Source of the DNA: Candidatus Sericytochromatia bacterium
GTDB taxonomy: Bacteria > Cyanobacteriota > Sericytochromatia > S15B-MN24 > UBA4093
Reading direction: 5' to 3'
Length of the DNA stretch: 64,000 nt
Assembly (NCBI GenBank): GCA_036676495.1
Contig: JAKFCT010000047.1
Location: 43,879-107,878 of the forward strand
In this document: in pieces, positions 37,385 through 46,557 of the stretch
How positions within the stretch are numbered: position 1 is the stretch's first letter
How the letters are laid out: each line of letters begins with the position of its first letter
Translations under genes and position numbers: made by a program
The notes under the pieces: model-generated
Database searches by the model: none
Seen by the model: only the letters and a program-made list of their open reading frames with translations
Told to the model about the DNA's origin: nothing

Positions 37385-38149
37385 ATGATGACCTACCTCG
37401 AAGCCGCCCACCTGATCCTCGCCGAGGCCGGAGCGGCCCTGAGCGAGGAGGAGATGGTCGCCCGCGCGATCGCCAAGGGGCTCATCAAGCCTTCGGGCAA
37501 GTCGCCAGTGAAGTCGATCGGCGTGGTCCTCCGGCGCGCCTCCCAGAACCCCGCCTCGGCCTTCGAGAACGCCGGTCCTCGCCTCTGGCAGCTCAAGCCC
37601 TCCTCGGAGACCGACCAGCCCGTCTCCATGCGCGAGGCCGCCCACCAGATCCTCAAGAAGGCCGGCCGTCCCCTCCATTACCGGGAGATCACCCGCCGGG
37701 CCATCCGCCTCGGCATGATCCGCCCCGAGGGCCGCACGCCCGCCCTCACCCTGCGCGCCCGCATGGGCGACGACATGAACCGCAACCCCGAGACCCCCTT
37801 CGTCCGGGTCGGAGACGGCACCTACGCCCTCAAGGAATGGCCCCTCACCCCCAAGGCGCCCGCCAAGAAGCGCCAGGACTGCGCGTGCTGCGGCTTCAAC
37901 CCCTCGAAGGCCTACGGAGACCTCGGAGAGGATGCGCTGGTCAAGCATAAGGAAAATGGTTCGAAGGACTCCGTGCTGGTCTGCGGCAACTGCCAGATCA
38001 TGCTGAAGCGGACCAGCATGAGCGAGCTGAAGGCCGTGCTCGCCGAGCGCAAGCCGGCCGTCGTGAAGGCCGTGGCCGTGCGCAAAGTCCCACAGGGCAA
38101 AAGCCAGCAGGGTAAGCCCCAGCAGGGCAAGCCCGCCAAGACCCGCTAA
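37385..38149 (+). CDS. Tandem HARE-HTH (HB1/ASXL-like) protein with degenerate McrA-like HNH/Zn domain
   Basis: Two repeats of (T/S)..EAA..IL..AG..L...E....AI..G.I.P.G..P; then CACCGF...YG.LG and LVCGNC; start uncertain. Confidence 0.7.
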   Translation: MMTYLEAAHLILAEAGAALSEEEMVARAIAKGLIKPSGKSPVKSIGVVLRRASQNPASAFENAGPRLWQLKPSSETDQPVSMREAAHQILKKAGRPLHYREITRRAIRLGMIRPEGRTPALTLRARMGDDMNRNPETPFVRVGDGTYALKEWPLTPKAPAKKRQDCACCGFNPSKAYGDLGEDALVKHKENGSKDSVLVCGNCQIMLKRTSMSELKAVLAERKPAVVKAVAVRKVPQGKSQQGKPQQGKPAKTR

Positions 38150-38188
38150 CCCATCACCGCGCCCCCGGCCTTGCGAGGTCGAGGGGCG

Positions 38189-39322
38189 TTAGCTTTTGGG
38201 GGAAAGCGCCAGGAACTCCCGGATCCGGCTCAGGCCGGCGGCGACCGTCTCGGGAGGAGCCACCCACGAGATCCGCAGCCAGCCCTCGGCGCCGAAGGCC
38301 GCCCCCGGAATCGCCACGACGTTCTTGCGCTCCAAGAGCGCGAACGCCGCCTTGGTCGAATCTCCCGACCAGGGGCCCGTCAGACGAATCATCGCGTAGA
38401 AGCCGCCTTCGGGCAGCACCGCCCCCAGGCCGACGCGATCGAGCTGCTCCAAGAGGCTCTCCCGCTGCGACGCGTAATGCCCGCGGTGCTGGTCCAGCAA
38501 GTCCTGCCGGAAGACTTCGAGCGCCACGCGCTGGGAGTAGGTGCTCGCGCACGAGACGGCGAACTGATGCACCTTCAAGGCTCCGGCCATGACCTCGGCG
38601 GGGGCCATGAGCCAGCCCAGACGCAAGCCCGTGAGCGCGTTGCTCTTGGAGAGCGAGTTGACCACGATCGTCCGCGGGTAGACCTCGGCCATCGAGGTCG
38701 GAGGCGCCTCGCCGTAGTAAAGCTCGCGGTAGACCTCGTCCGAGAGCACGTAAACGGGCTCGTCGCGCTCCATGAGAGCTGCCGCCAGAATCTCCAGCTC
38801 TTCGCGCGGCCAGACCCGGCCGGTCGGGTTGCTGGGAGTCGCCAGGACCAGGACCCGGGTCTTCGGGCCCAGGCTTGCTATCACCCGGCGGGCGTCGGGC
38901 CGGAAGCCCTGGTAAGGATCGAGCATCACCTCGCGCGACGCAATCCCCTCCATCTGGCAGAGCTTGGCGTAGAGCGGGTAGCTGGGGCCGACGATCAGGG
39001 CCTCGTCATGCGCAGGGTCCAGGAGGGCCTTGAGGGCGACGAAGAGGGCTTCCTGGCTGCCGACCGTGACGCAGACGTTGGCGGCCTGGTCGAGGCCCGG
39101 GTAGGCGTAGTGGCGGGCGATCGCCCCCCGAAGCTCGCTGAAGCCCGGATTCGGCGAGTAAGGACAGCCATGCTCGGCCACCCAGGCCGTCGCCGCCTCG
39201 AAGGGCGCCATGTCCGGACGCAGGGCCGGCTCTCCCAGCCCCAGGTCGATGGAGTCGGGCCGCTTGCGGCTGTTGAGCTCCCGGATGAGGGACGGAGCAA
39301 TCTCGGATAGCAACGGGTTCAT
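38189..39322 (-). CDS. PLP-dependent class I/II aminotransferase (candidate DapC)
   Basis: DLGLGEP, TVGSQEAL, PSNPTG, SDEVY, NSLSKS..LTGLRLG; overlaps the dapE stop. Confidence 0.85.
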   Translation of the reverse strand: MNPLLSEIAPSLIRELNSRKRPDSIDLGLGEPALRPDMAPFEAATAWVAEHGCPYSPNPGFSELRGAIARHYAYPGLDQAANVCVTVGSQEALFVALKALLDPAHDEALIVGPSYPLYAKLCQMEGIASREVMLDPYQGFRPDARRVIASLGPKTRVLVLATPSNPTGRVWPREELEILAAALMERDEPVYVLSDEVYRELYYGEAPPTSMAEVYPRTIVVNSLSKSNALTGLRLGWLMAPAEVMAGALKVHQFAVSCASTYSQRVALEVFRQDLLDQHRGHYASQRESLLEQLDRVGLGAVLPEGGFYAMIRLTGPWSGDSTKAAFALLERKNVVAIPGAAFGAEGWLRISWVAPPETVAAGLSRIREFLALSPKS

Positions 39323-40383
39323 GCGAAAAGCCTCCTGAGGGCCTTGTACCCGGCCTCCAGGTACTCCACCGGGATCGATTCCCGGGCCTGATGCGCCTGG
39401 GCCGTCTCGCCGGGCCCGAAGTTGATGGCCGGGATCCCGCGGGCCGTCAGGCGCGCCACGTCGGTCCAGGCCTGCTTGGCTTCCACCTCCAGCGGCTCGC
39501 CAAGCCGGGCCTGCTCCGCTTGCCAGGCCGCCACCAGCGGATGATCCAGGCAGACCTCCCCCGAGGGAGCCTCGTCGATCACCGTGACCTCCGCCTCCCC
39601 CGCCACGAGCTCCCGCAACTCCTGGGCCGCGACGGCGAGCGGCTTGCCGGGAGCGAAGCGATAGTTGACGTTGAGGGCGAAGGCGTCCGGGATCACGTTG
39701 CGGGAGTTGGAAGTCGACGCCATGGTGGCGTTCATGACCTCGTAGAACGTCAGGGGGCCGACCTGGACCTCCCGGCGCCCGAAGGCCTTCAAGCGCTCCA
39801 GCATGCCGATGGCCTTGTAGATGGCGTTCTCTCCCTGCCAGGGACGGGCGCTATGGGCGCGGCGGCCGTGGAAGGTGAGGGTGGCATGCAGGCCTCCCAC
39901 GCAGCCCGCCTGGATCCGGTTGTCCGTGGGCTCCAGGCAGATGCCGAGATCCATCGCGGGGATGGCGCCGGAAGCGAAGAGGGGCTCGAGGCCGTTGTCC
40001 ACGGCGGGGCCCTCTTCCTTGTCGTAGAAGACGGCGATCAGATTTCGGCCCAGCGTGTCGGCTTCGGCCAGCAATTCGAGCATGAGGGCGAGGCCGCCCT
40101 TCATGTCGCTCGCGCCGCAGCCGAAGACCCGGCCGTCCCGGATCTCCAGGGGCTGGTCGGCGGCGGGCTTCACGGTGTCGCTATGGCCGAAGAGCCCGAG
40201 GGTCGCGCGGCCTTCGTGCTGGGGGCCCCAGGCCACGACGGAGTTGCCGACCCGCCGGACGCGTTCGGGGCCGACGAGCGCACGGCAGCGGGCTTCGAGG
40301 TCGTCGGCGATCGCCGCCTCCGAGCCCGTCTCGCTATCGATCCCGCAGAGCTCGAGGGTGAGCTCCGCCAAATTTGCCCCCAT
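39319..40383 (-). CDS. dapE: Succinyl-diaminopimelate desuccinylase
   Basis: GHSDTV, GCGASDMKGG, KEEG, EPT, AHSARPW.GENAI, WTDVAR, GPG...QAH. Confidence 0.9.
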   Translation of the reverse strand: MGANLAELTLELCGIDSETGSEAAIADDLEARCRALVGPERVRRVGNSVVAWGPQHEGRATLGLFGHSDTVKPAADQPLEIRDGRVFGCGASDMKGGLALMLELLAEADTLGRNLIAVFYDKEEGPAVDNGLEPLFASGAIPAMDLGICLEPTDNRIQAGCVGGLHATLTFHGRRAHSARPWQGENAIYKAIGMLERLKAFGRREVQVGPLTFYEVMNATMASTSNSRNVIPDAFALNVNYRFAPGKPLAVAAQELRELVAGEAEVTVIDEAPSGEVCLDHPLVAAWQAEQARLGEPLEVEAKQAWTDVARLTARGIPAINFGPGETAQAHQARESIPVEYLEAGYKALRRLFA

Positions 40384-40391
40384 GGTGCTCC

Positions 40392-41219
40392 CTAGACCTG
40401 CACGTTGAAGGTGCGCAGCACGTCGTTGAGCGAGGTCTTCTTATCGGTGGAGGCCTTGCGCTGGCCGATGATCAGGGCGCAGGGCACCTGGAAGGTGCCG
40501 GCGGGAAACTCCTTCGGCATGGTGCCAGGGATGACGACCGAGCGCGCGGGCACCCGTCCCTTGGTGATCACGGGCTCGGAGCCGGTGACGTCCACGATGG
40601 GAGTGCTGGAGGTCAGGACGACGTTGGCGCCCAGAACGGCCTCCTCCTCGACGACGACTCCCTCGACCACGATGCAGCGCGAGCCGATGAAGGCGCCGTC
40701 CTCGATGATGACGGGAGAGGCCGAGGGCGGCTCGAGCACTCCACCAATCCCCACTCCGCCCGAAAGGTGCACGTTTTGACCGATCTGCGCGCACGATCCG
40801 ACCGTCGCCCAGGTGTCGACCATGGTTCCGGCTCCGACGTAGGCGCCAATGTTGACGTAGCTGGGCATCATGATGGCGCCGGCTTCCAGGAACGAGCCGT
40901 AACGGGCGATTCCGGGGGGGACGACCCGGATGCCGGCCTTGGCGAGGTCGCGCTTGACGGGGACCTTGTCGTGGAATTCGAGGCTGCAGACCTCCATGGT
41001 CTCCATGGGCCGGATGGCGAAGTAGAGGAGGATGGCTTCCTTGACCCAGGCGTTGACCTGCCAGGTGCCGTCGATCTTCTGGGCGACCCGCAGCTCGCCG
41101 CGGTCGAGGCGGGCGATGGTTTCCTCGACGGCCGCACGGGTGGCGGGCTCCTTGAGGAGGTCGCGATTCTGGAAAGCGGACTGGACGAGGGTTTGCAGGT
41201 CTTGGGCGGTGGTAGTCAT
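40392..41219 (-). CDS. dapD: Tetrahydrodipicolinate N-succinyltransferase
   Basis: LDRGELRVA, WVKEAILLYF, MPSYVNIGAYV, DTWATVGSCAQIG, HLSGGVGIGGVLEP. Confidence 0.96.
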   Translation of the reverse strand: MTTTAQDLQTLVQSAFQNRDLLKEPATRAAVEETIARLDRGELRVAQKIDGTWQVNAWVKEAILLYFAIRPMETMEVCSLEFHDKVPVKRDLAKAGIRVVPPGIARYGSFLEAGAIMMPSYVNIGAYVGAGTMVDTWATVGSCAQIGQNVHLSGGVGIGGVLEPPSASPVIIEDGAFIGSRCIVVEGVVVEEEAVLGANVVLTSSTPIVDVTGSEPVITKGRVPARSVVIPGTMPKEFPAGTFQVPCALIIGQRKASTDKKTSLNDVLRTFNVQV

Positions 41220-41508
41220 CGTTCCTCCGAGCATCTGGGGGCACGCTTCCATTATAGCCAGATCCGAGGCGCCAGGGGGATGTGCGCCATCTCACGCCGG
41301 CGCCGTGCCCCGGCTCACACGCTCCGAGCCGGCCTCCGGGAATAAGATCATTACCGTCCGCCCGCCCGGTGGCCCTCCGCGGGGCCTCGGGACGGAGCCG
41401 GGCACGGTGTCGGCAATCCGCCTGGAATCTGCCATAATGCCAGCTGATCATCCTCCCGAACATCAAGCAAGCAATCTAGCGAGTGTCATGCCACGAAAGG
41501 AGCCTCCG

Positions 41509-42813
41509 ATGAAGCCCACGCCCCTCCGATTCGGAGCCTTGTCACTCGCATCCCTACTCCTGGGAACCGCCTGCACGCCCCCCGCCACCACCTCCTCCAC
41601 TCCGGCTCCTCTCCAGGCCGGCCAGACCATCCCGATCAGCATGTCGCAGGACGGCAAGGAGGTCTACCGGGCGACCATGACCGTCCGCAACCTCGAGGAT
41701 CCCGCGGCCCGCAAGAAGGACAGCCAGGGGATGGAGACCGATCTGGTGGCGTTGCTGGAAACGGAAGACTTCGTCGACTCGGAGTACGCCAAGCAGCGCG
41801 GCGTCGCCGCCCCCCCGGTCCCCTTCGACGAGGTCGTCGCCTTCCTCGATCAGCACTGGGACGCAGCCTTCGGGGACAAGGACGATCCGGGCCGCAACGC
41901 CGAGGAGTTTCTCGCGCTGCTCAAGGACATGGCGATCGACGTCCCCATGTTCTTCGCCGAGTACAAGAAACTGGGCCTCTCGCTCAAAGACTACCTGACG
42001 CTCATCAGCTACATCGACGCCTACGACGACCTGCTGGGCGGCCAGGGCTTCGCCGAGATCGTCGAGACGCTGGCGGAGCGCGGGCTGACGCTCAAGGACT
42101 TCCTGCTCTACATCGAAAATGCCGAGTTGACGACCCTGGAAGTCTTCGCGGCCCTCATCGGGAAGCAGCAGACCCTCACGGACTTCCTCGCAGAGAGCGC
42201 CGCCGCCGAGCGGACGCTTCAGGAGAGCCTGAAGGCTCTCGTCCAGCCCACGATCCAGGCGAGTGAGAACTACCACCTCGTGGATCCGTTCATCTACACT
42301 CGGAGCTGGACCATCCTGGATCACGGAAAAGCGACCGGCATCAAGGGCCATGTCCTCAACAGCCGCTACGGCCACCCGTCCTGGTACACGGAAGGCCAGA
42401 TCGCGACGTCGGGGACGCGCAGCCTGATCCTCGGCGCTCCCTCCAATCCCCTGGTCCACTGCGAATGGGAAGTCACGTGTCGCTACGGCGTGACGGCGAC
42501 GGGAGCCTCCATCGGAGGCAAGTACGTCAAGGACATCGAGGTCAAATTCTCCAAGATCCACACCATCCTGGGCTGGCAAGTCAACGGCCGGGTCGACAAC
42601 CCCGGCGTCTTCAACCAGGGCTGGGCGGATAAGGCGCCCGATCCGATAACCAGCCACCGGGTCTTCATCCTGGCCAACTTCCTGATGGATTCGGGGTTCC
42701 TCGTCAAGGAGTCCTACCGGTTCACCGGAAGCAAGGGCATCCAGGGCTTCGGGACCACGGGGCCCGAATTCAAGTGGACCCCGTTCGCGTCGGTGCTCAT
42801 CACCCTTCCCTGA
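41509..42813 (+). CDS. Hypothetical lipoprotein, paralog 1
   Basis: AAGGAG SD; signal peptide with LGTAC lipobox-like motif; paralogous to the next gene. Confidence 0.8.
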   Translation: MKPTPLRFGALSLASLLLGTACTPPATTSSTPAPLQAGQTIPISMSQDGKEVYRATMTVRNLEDPAARKKDSQGMETDLVALLETEDFVDSEYAKQRGVAAPPVPFDEVVAFLDQHWDAAFGDKDDPGRNAEEFLALLKDMAIDVPMFFAEYKKLGLSLKDYLTLISYIDAYDDLLGGQGFAEIVETLAERGLTLKDFLLYIENAELTTLEVFAALIGKQQTLTDFLAESAAAERTLQESLKALVQPTIQASENYHLVDPFIYTRSWTILDHGKATGIKGHVLNSRYGHPSWYTEGQIATSGTRSLILGAPSNPLVHCEWEVTCRYGVTATGASIGGKYVKDIEVKFSKIHTILGWQVNGRVDNPGVFNQGWADKAPDPITSHRVFILANFLMDSGFLVKESYRFTGSKGIQGFGTTGPEFKWTPFASVLITLP

Positions 42814-42854
42814 GCGAGCGCCAAAACCGCCACCCCATCGACAAGGAGCCCCCA

Positions 42855-44192
42855 TTGAAGCATTCGACGATCCGGCACAGCGGCTGTGCCCTCGCCGCCC
42901 TGTTGCTGGCGACCGCCTGCACGCCTCCCACCACCACCGCGGACGAGCAAGAGGGCCCGAAGGCGGGCCAGACGCTCCCCCTCACCATCCTGGAAGGCGA
43001 CCAGGAGGTCTACCGGGCGACCATGGTCCTTCGGAACCTGGAGGTGCCGGAAGCCCGCACGCGCAATGCCGAGGGGATCGAAGAGGACCTGATCGCGCTC
43101 GTGCAGGCCGAGGATCTCGTGGATTCGGCCTACGCCGCGCGCCGAGGCGTCGTGGCCCCCCTCGTCTCCGAGGAGGAGATCGTCGCCTTCCTCGACCAGC
43201 ACTGGGACGCCGCCATCGGAGGCAAGGACGATCCCGGCCGCAACGCTTCGGAGTTCCTGGACCAGTTGACCGATATGGGCATCGACGCCCCCACCTTCCT
43301 TGCCGAGTTCAAGAAGCTGGGCCTGCCGCTCGCGGAGTACCTGAAACTCATCGCGCTCATCGACGCCTACGACGACCCGACGGGCGACGACGGCTTCCAC
43401 GAGTTCGTGCAGACGCTCGCATGGTACAAGCTCACCCTCAAGGACTTCCTGCTCTACGTCCAAGACGCCGGCCTGACGACCGCCCAGTTCTTCGAGGCCC
43501 TGCGCGCGAAGAACCAGAGCCTCAGCGCCTTCCTCGCCGAGAGCGCGGACGCCGAGCAGTCCCTCCAGGACAGCCTGAAAGCCTTCGTGGCGTCGAGCAG
43601 CAAGCTGAGATTACAGGCGGGACCGAGCCTCCAGACGCGTCCCCACAACGACGTCATGCAGCGCCCGCTCATTCACTCCTCACACTGGAAACTCATCCGG
43701 GACAACCGCGTGATCGGGGAAAAAGGCGCCGTCCTCTCGGAACGCGCCTGGGACCTCGAGCGCTACACCGAGGGAAAGACCGTGACCTCGGAGAAACGAT
43801 CCATGATCATCGGATCGAAGGCGCATCCCTTGGTCCATGTCGACTGGCAGCTCAGCTTGCGACACGACGTCCGGGGCAACGACGGCTCCCCCCGCGGCGC
43901 CTTCCTGCGCGACATCGAGGTGATCTTCCCCAAGAAACACGTCAGCGCCGGCTGGAAGGTCAGCGGCACGGCCCGGCCCTCGAAGGTGACTTACGCGGGT
44001 TCGGCAGATGCGCCGGACGCCGAGGTCGGACTGGACGTCGGCTTCGCGGTCCACTTTCTGCCGCGAATCGGGCACACGTACCACAGCCATTTCCGGCTTT
44101 CCGGTACGGAGGGCATCACTTACGCGACGCACAGCCCCCGGAGATTCTACATCGACCCCCTGGGCAACTCGATCCTGACCGAGCTGCCCTAG
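42855..44192 (+). CDS. Hypothetical lipoprotein, paralog 2
   Basis: AAGGAG SD then TTG; LLATAC lipobox-like motif; shares EVYRATM..RNLE, AFLDQHWDAA.G.KDDPGRNA, LTLKDFLLY with paralog 1. Confidence 0.8.
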   Translation: MKHSTIRHSGCALAALLLATACTPPTTTADEQEGPKAGQTLPLTILEGDQEVYRATMVLRNLEVPEARTRNAEGIEEDLIALVQAEDLVDSAYAARRGVVAPLVSEEEIVAFLDQHWDAAIGGKDDPGRNASEFLDQLTDMGIDAPTFLAEFKKLGLPLAEYLKLIALIDAYDDPTGDDGFHEFVQTLAWYKLTLKDFLLYVQDAGLTTAQFFEALRAKNQSLSAFLAESADAEQSLQDSLKAFVASSSKLRLQAGPSLQTRPHNDVMQRPLIHSSHWKLIRDNRVIGEKGAVLSERAWDLERYTEGKTVTSEKRSMIIGSKAHPLVHVDWQLSLRHDVRGNDGSPRGAFLRDIEVIFPKKHVSAGWKVSGTARPSKVTYAGSADAPDAEVGLDVGFAVHFLPRIGHTYHSHFRLSGTEGITYATHSPRRFYIDPLGNSILTELP

Positions 44193-44323
44193 CCGGCCAC
44201 GTGCCTCCTCCCGCCTGCGCGCCCGACGAGACGAGCAAGCGTTCCGTCGGGCACCCTCCAGAAAGTTAACCTCCGACCGATAACCTTCTTGATGGATCAC
44301 ATCTTGGCTCAAGGAGGAGTCGC

Positions 44324-45412
44324 ATGCGTATTCAATCATCCACCGTGGCCATGGCCAGCAGCCATGCGCTGAGCATCGAGCATCAACGAACCGAGCGCCT
44401 GGAGGCCTGGGTCGATCCCCCGGCGCCGAGCACGCCAAGCGCGCCGCCGGTCCGGCCGACCCCACCGGCCGTCACCGCCCCAGCAGAAGTGCCCCCCGCC
44501 GAAGCGACGGAAGGAGGGCTCTCTTTCGAACCGAGCCCCATGGACAAGCTGAAGCTGGCCGTCGTCGAACGATTGCTGGAAAGCCTCATGGGAAAACCCA
44601 TCAAGATCGACGTCCCCGAAGACCTCCACGATCCCGCGGAGGTCAACGAGCTGCGCAAGAAGCTCCAGGCGCTCGTCGCGAACGCCCAAAAGCTGCGCCC
44701 CGCCCAGGAAGGACGCCCGGGCGCTTCGACGCCCGAACGCCAAGGCTGGGGCTTGCGCTACGACTACCACGAACGCTATTACGAGCAAGAGCGGAGCAGC
44801 TTCTCGGCCGCCGGCGTGATCAAGACCCAGGACGGCAAGGAGATCGCCTTCTCCGTCGACCTCCACATGCAACGCGAGTTCCTGCGCGAGGAGTCCATCC
44901 TCATCGAAGCCGGAGACCGCAAGCTCAAGGACCCGCTGGTGGTGAACTTCGACGCCCCGGCGGCCCAGCTCACGCAGACCAAGTTCCAGTTCGATCTCGA
45001 CGCGGACGGCGAGGAGGATCAGATCTCCTTCCTGCGGCCCGGCTCGGGCTTCCTCACGCAGGACCTCGACGGAGACGGCGTCATCAACGATGGCCGCGAG
45101 GTCTTCGGGGCCCTCTCGGGCGATGCGTACGCCGATCTGGCCGCCCACGACGAGGACGGGAACGGCTGGCTGGACGAAGGGGACGCGATCTTCGACAAGC
45201 TCCGGATCTGGACCAAGGACGCGCAGGGGCGCGATCAGCTCTTCGCCCTGGGAGAAAAAGGCATTGGCGCCCTCTTCCTGGGCTCGACGCTGAGCCCGTA
45301 CTCCCTGAAGGACACGGATAACGCACTGCACGGGCAAGTGAGGCGAACGGGCGTCTTCCTCCGCGAGGATGGGAGCGCCGGCACGCTCCAGCAGATCGAT
45401 CTCGCCGTATAA
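44324..45412 (+). CDS. Protein with C-terminal FrpC-like Ca2+-dependent self-processing module (Asp-Pro)
   Basis: KDPLVVNFD followed by FDLDADG, GFL.QDLDGDGVINDGREVFG, AYADLAAHDEDGNG.LDEGDAIFDKLRIW. Confidence 0.7.
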   Translation: MRIQSSTVAMASSHALSIEHQRTERLEAWVDPPAPSTPSAPPVRPTPPAVTAPAEVPPAEATEGGLSFEPSPMDKLKLAVVERLLESLMGKPIKIDVPEDLHDPAEVNELRKKLQALVANAQKLRPAQEGRPGASTPERQGWGLRYDYHERYYEQERSSFSAAGVIKTQDGKEIAFSVDLHMQREFLREESILIEAGDRKLKDPLVVNFDAPAAQLTQTKFQFDLDADGEEDQISFLRPGSGFLTQDLDGDGVINDGREVFGALSGDAYADLAAHDEDGNGWLDEGDAIFDKLRIWTKDAQGRDQLFALGEKGIGALFLGSTLSPYSLKDTDNALHGQVRRTGVFLREDGSAGTLQQIDLAV

Positions 45413-45509
45413 GGCCCCCATCGACCTCCGATCAGCGGCGCTTTGAGGCTGGCAAAGCGCCGCTGATCGCGCTAAAATGCCCTAAACACGTGTTTAAGAG
45501 GCATTCTAG

Positions 45510-45857
45510 ATGTACAAGCTCACCAAGCGGCTCAAGTTCGAAGCCGCGCACCGCATTCCCGGCCATCCCGGCAAGTGTGACAACCTCCATGGCCACACGT
45601 ACCTGGTCGACGTGGAGGTCGCGGGCGAAGACCTGGACGAACTGGGAATCCTGATCGACTTCAACCGGATCAAGGAACTGGAGAAGCTGATCCCCGACCA
45701 TACCTACCTGAACGAATCCCTGCCCGCGGGGACGGCGACCACCGCCGAAGGGCTCAGCGCCTACTTCTACCGCGCCTTCAAGGCCGACCTGCCCCAGGTC
45801 GTCTCCGTCACCGTCCACGAGGGGCCCAACTCCTGGTGCCGCTTCGAGGAGGCCTAG
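45510..45857 (+). CDS. queD: 6-carboxytetrahydropterin synthase
   Basis: FEAAH, GKCDNLHGHTY, IDF, DHTYLN, TAEGL. Confidence 0.93.
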   Translation: MYKLTKRLKFEAAHRIPGHPGKCDNLHGHTYLVDVEVAGEDLDELGILIDFNRIKELEKLIPDHTYLNESLPAGTATTAEGLSAYFYRAFKADLPQVVSVTVHEGPNSWCRFEEA

Positions 45858-45858
45858 C

Positions 45859-46557
45859 TTGACGGCGCCGGCGGCCGTGGCCACCTACGAGGTCACCGAG
45901 ATCTTCACCTCGCTGCAGGGAGAGGGCACGCGAATCGGCATGCCCTCGACCTTCGTGCGCCTGAGCCGTTGCAACCTTTCATGCCGCTGGTGCGATACGA
46001 CGTACTCCTGGAAGGCCGGCGAGATGGTGGAGCCGACGGTGATGACGCCCGAGCAGATCATCGCGGAGGTGCATGCCCCGGACGTGGTGTTGACGGGCGG
46101 CGAGCCCATGCTCCAGAAGCTGGAGCCCTTGCTCGACCTCCTGGAAGGGCGCTTCGTAACGGTGGAGACCAACGGGACCATGTTCCGGCCGGATCCGCGG
46201 GTGGGCCTGTGGAGCGTGAGTCCCAAGCTCGGCAGCTCCCAGCAGAAGCCCAACAAGCGGGTGCTGAGCGAGTACGTCCGCCAGGTGCCCGATCGGCTTC
46301 AATTGAAGTTCGTGGTGGGCGGCCGGGAGGACCTGGACGCGGTCAAGGCATTGCTTTCGGAGCTCGACGGGGCGACGGAGGTGCCGATCGTCCTCCAGCC
46401 GGTGGGACATCCGGGGGAGAGCCGGGACGCGTACTCCGAGCGACTGGCCAGGCTGTTCGAGGAGGAGATCATGCCGGACGGGTTCTGGCAGGCCTACGCG
46501 CTGCGGGTGCTTCCGCAGTACCACAAGCTGCTATGGGGGGAGAAGCGAGGCATATGA
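45859..46557 (+). CDS. queE: 7-carboxy-7-deazaguanine synthase (radical SAM)
   Basis: [38 protein letters not shown]. Confidence 0.93.
   Translation: MTAPAAVATYEVTEIFTSLQGEGTRIGMPSTFVRLSRCNLSCRWCDTTYSWKAGEMVEPTVMTPEQIIAEVHAPDVVLTGGEPMLQKLEPLLDLLEGRFVTVETNGTMFRPDPRVGLWSVSPKLGSSQQKPNKRVLSEYVRQVPDRLQLKFVVGGREDLDAVKALLSELDGATEVPIVLQPVGHPGESRDAYSERLARLFEEEIMPDGFWQAYALRVLPQYHKLLWGEKRGI

Noticed and set aside
45497-45540. preQ1-I riboswitch (AGAGGCATTCTAG resembles its 5' strand)
   Set aside because: No complementary CCUCU strand or A-rich tail, and it overlaps the start codon.
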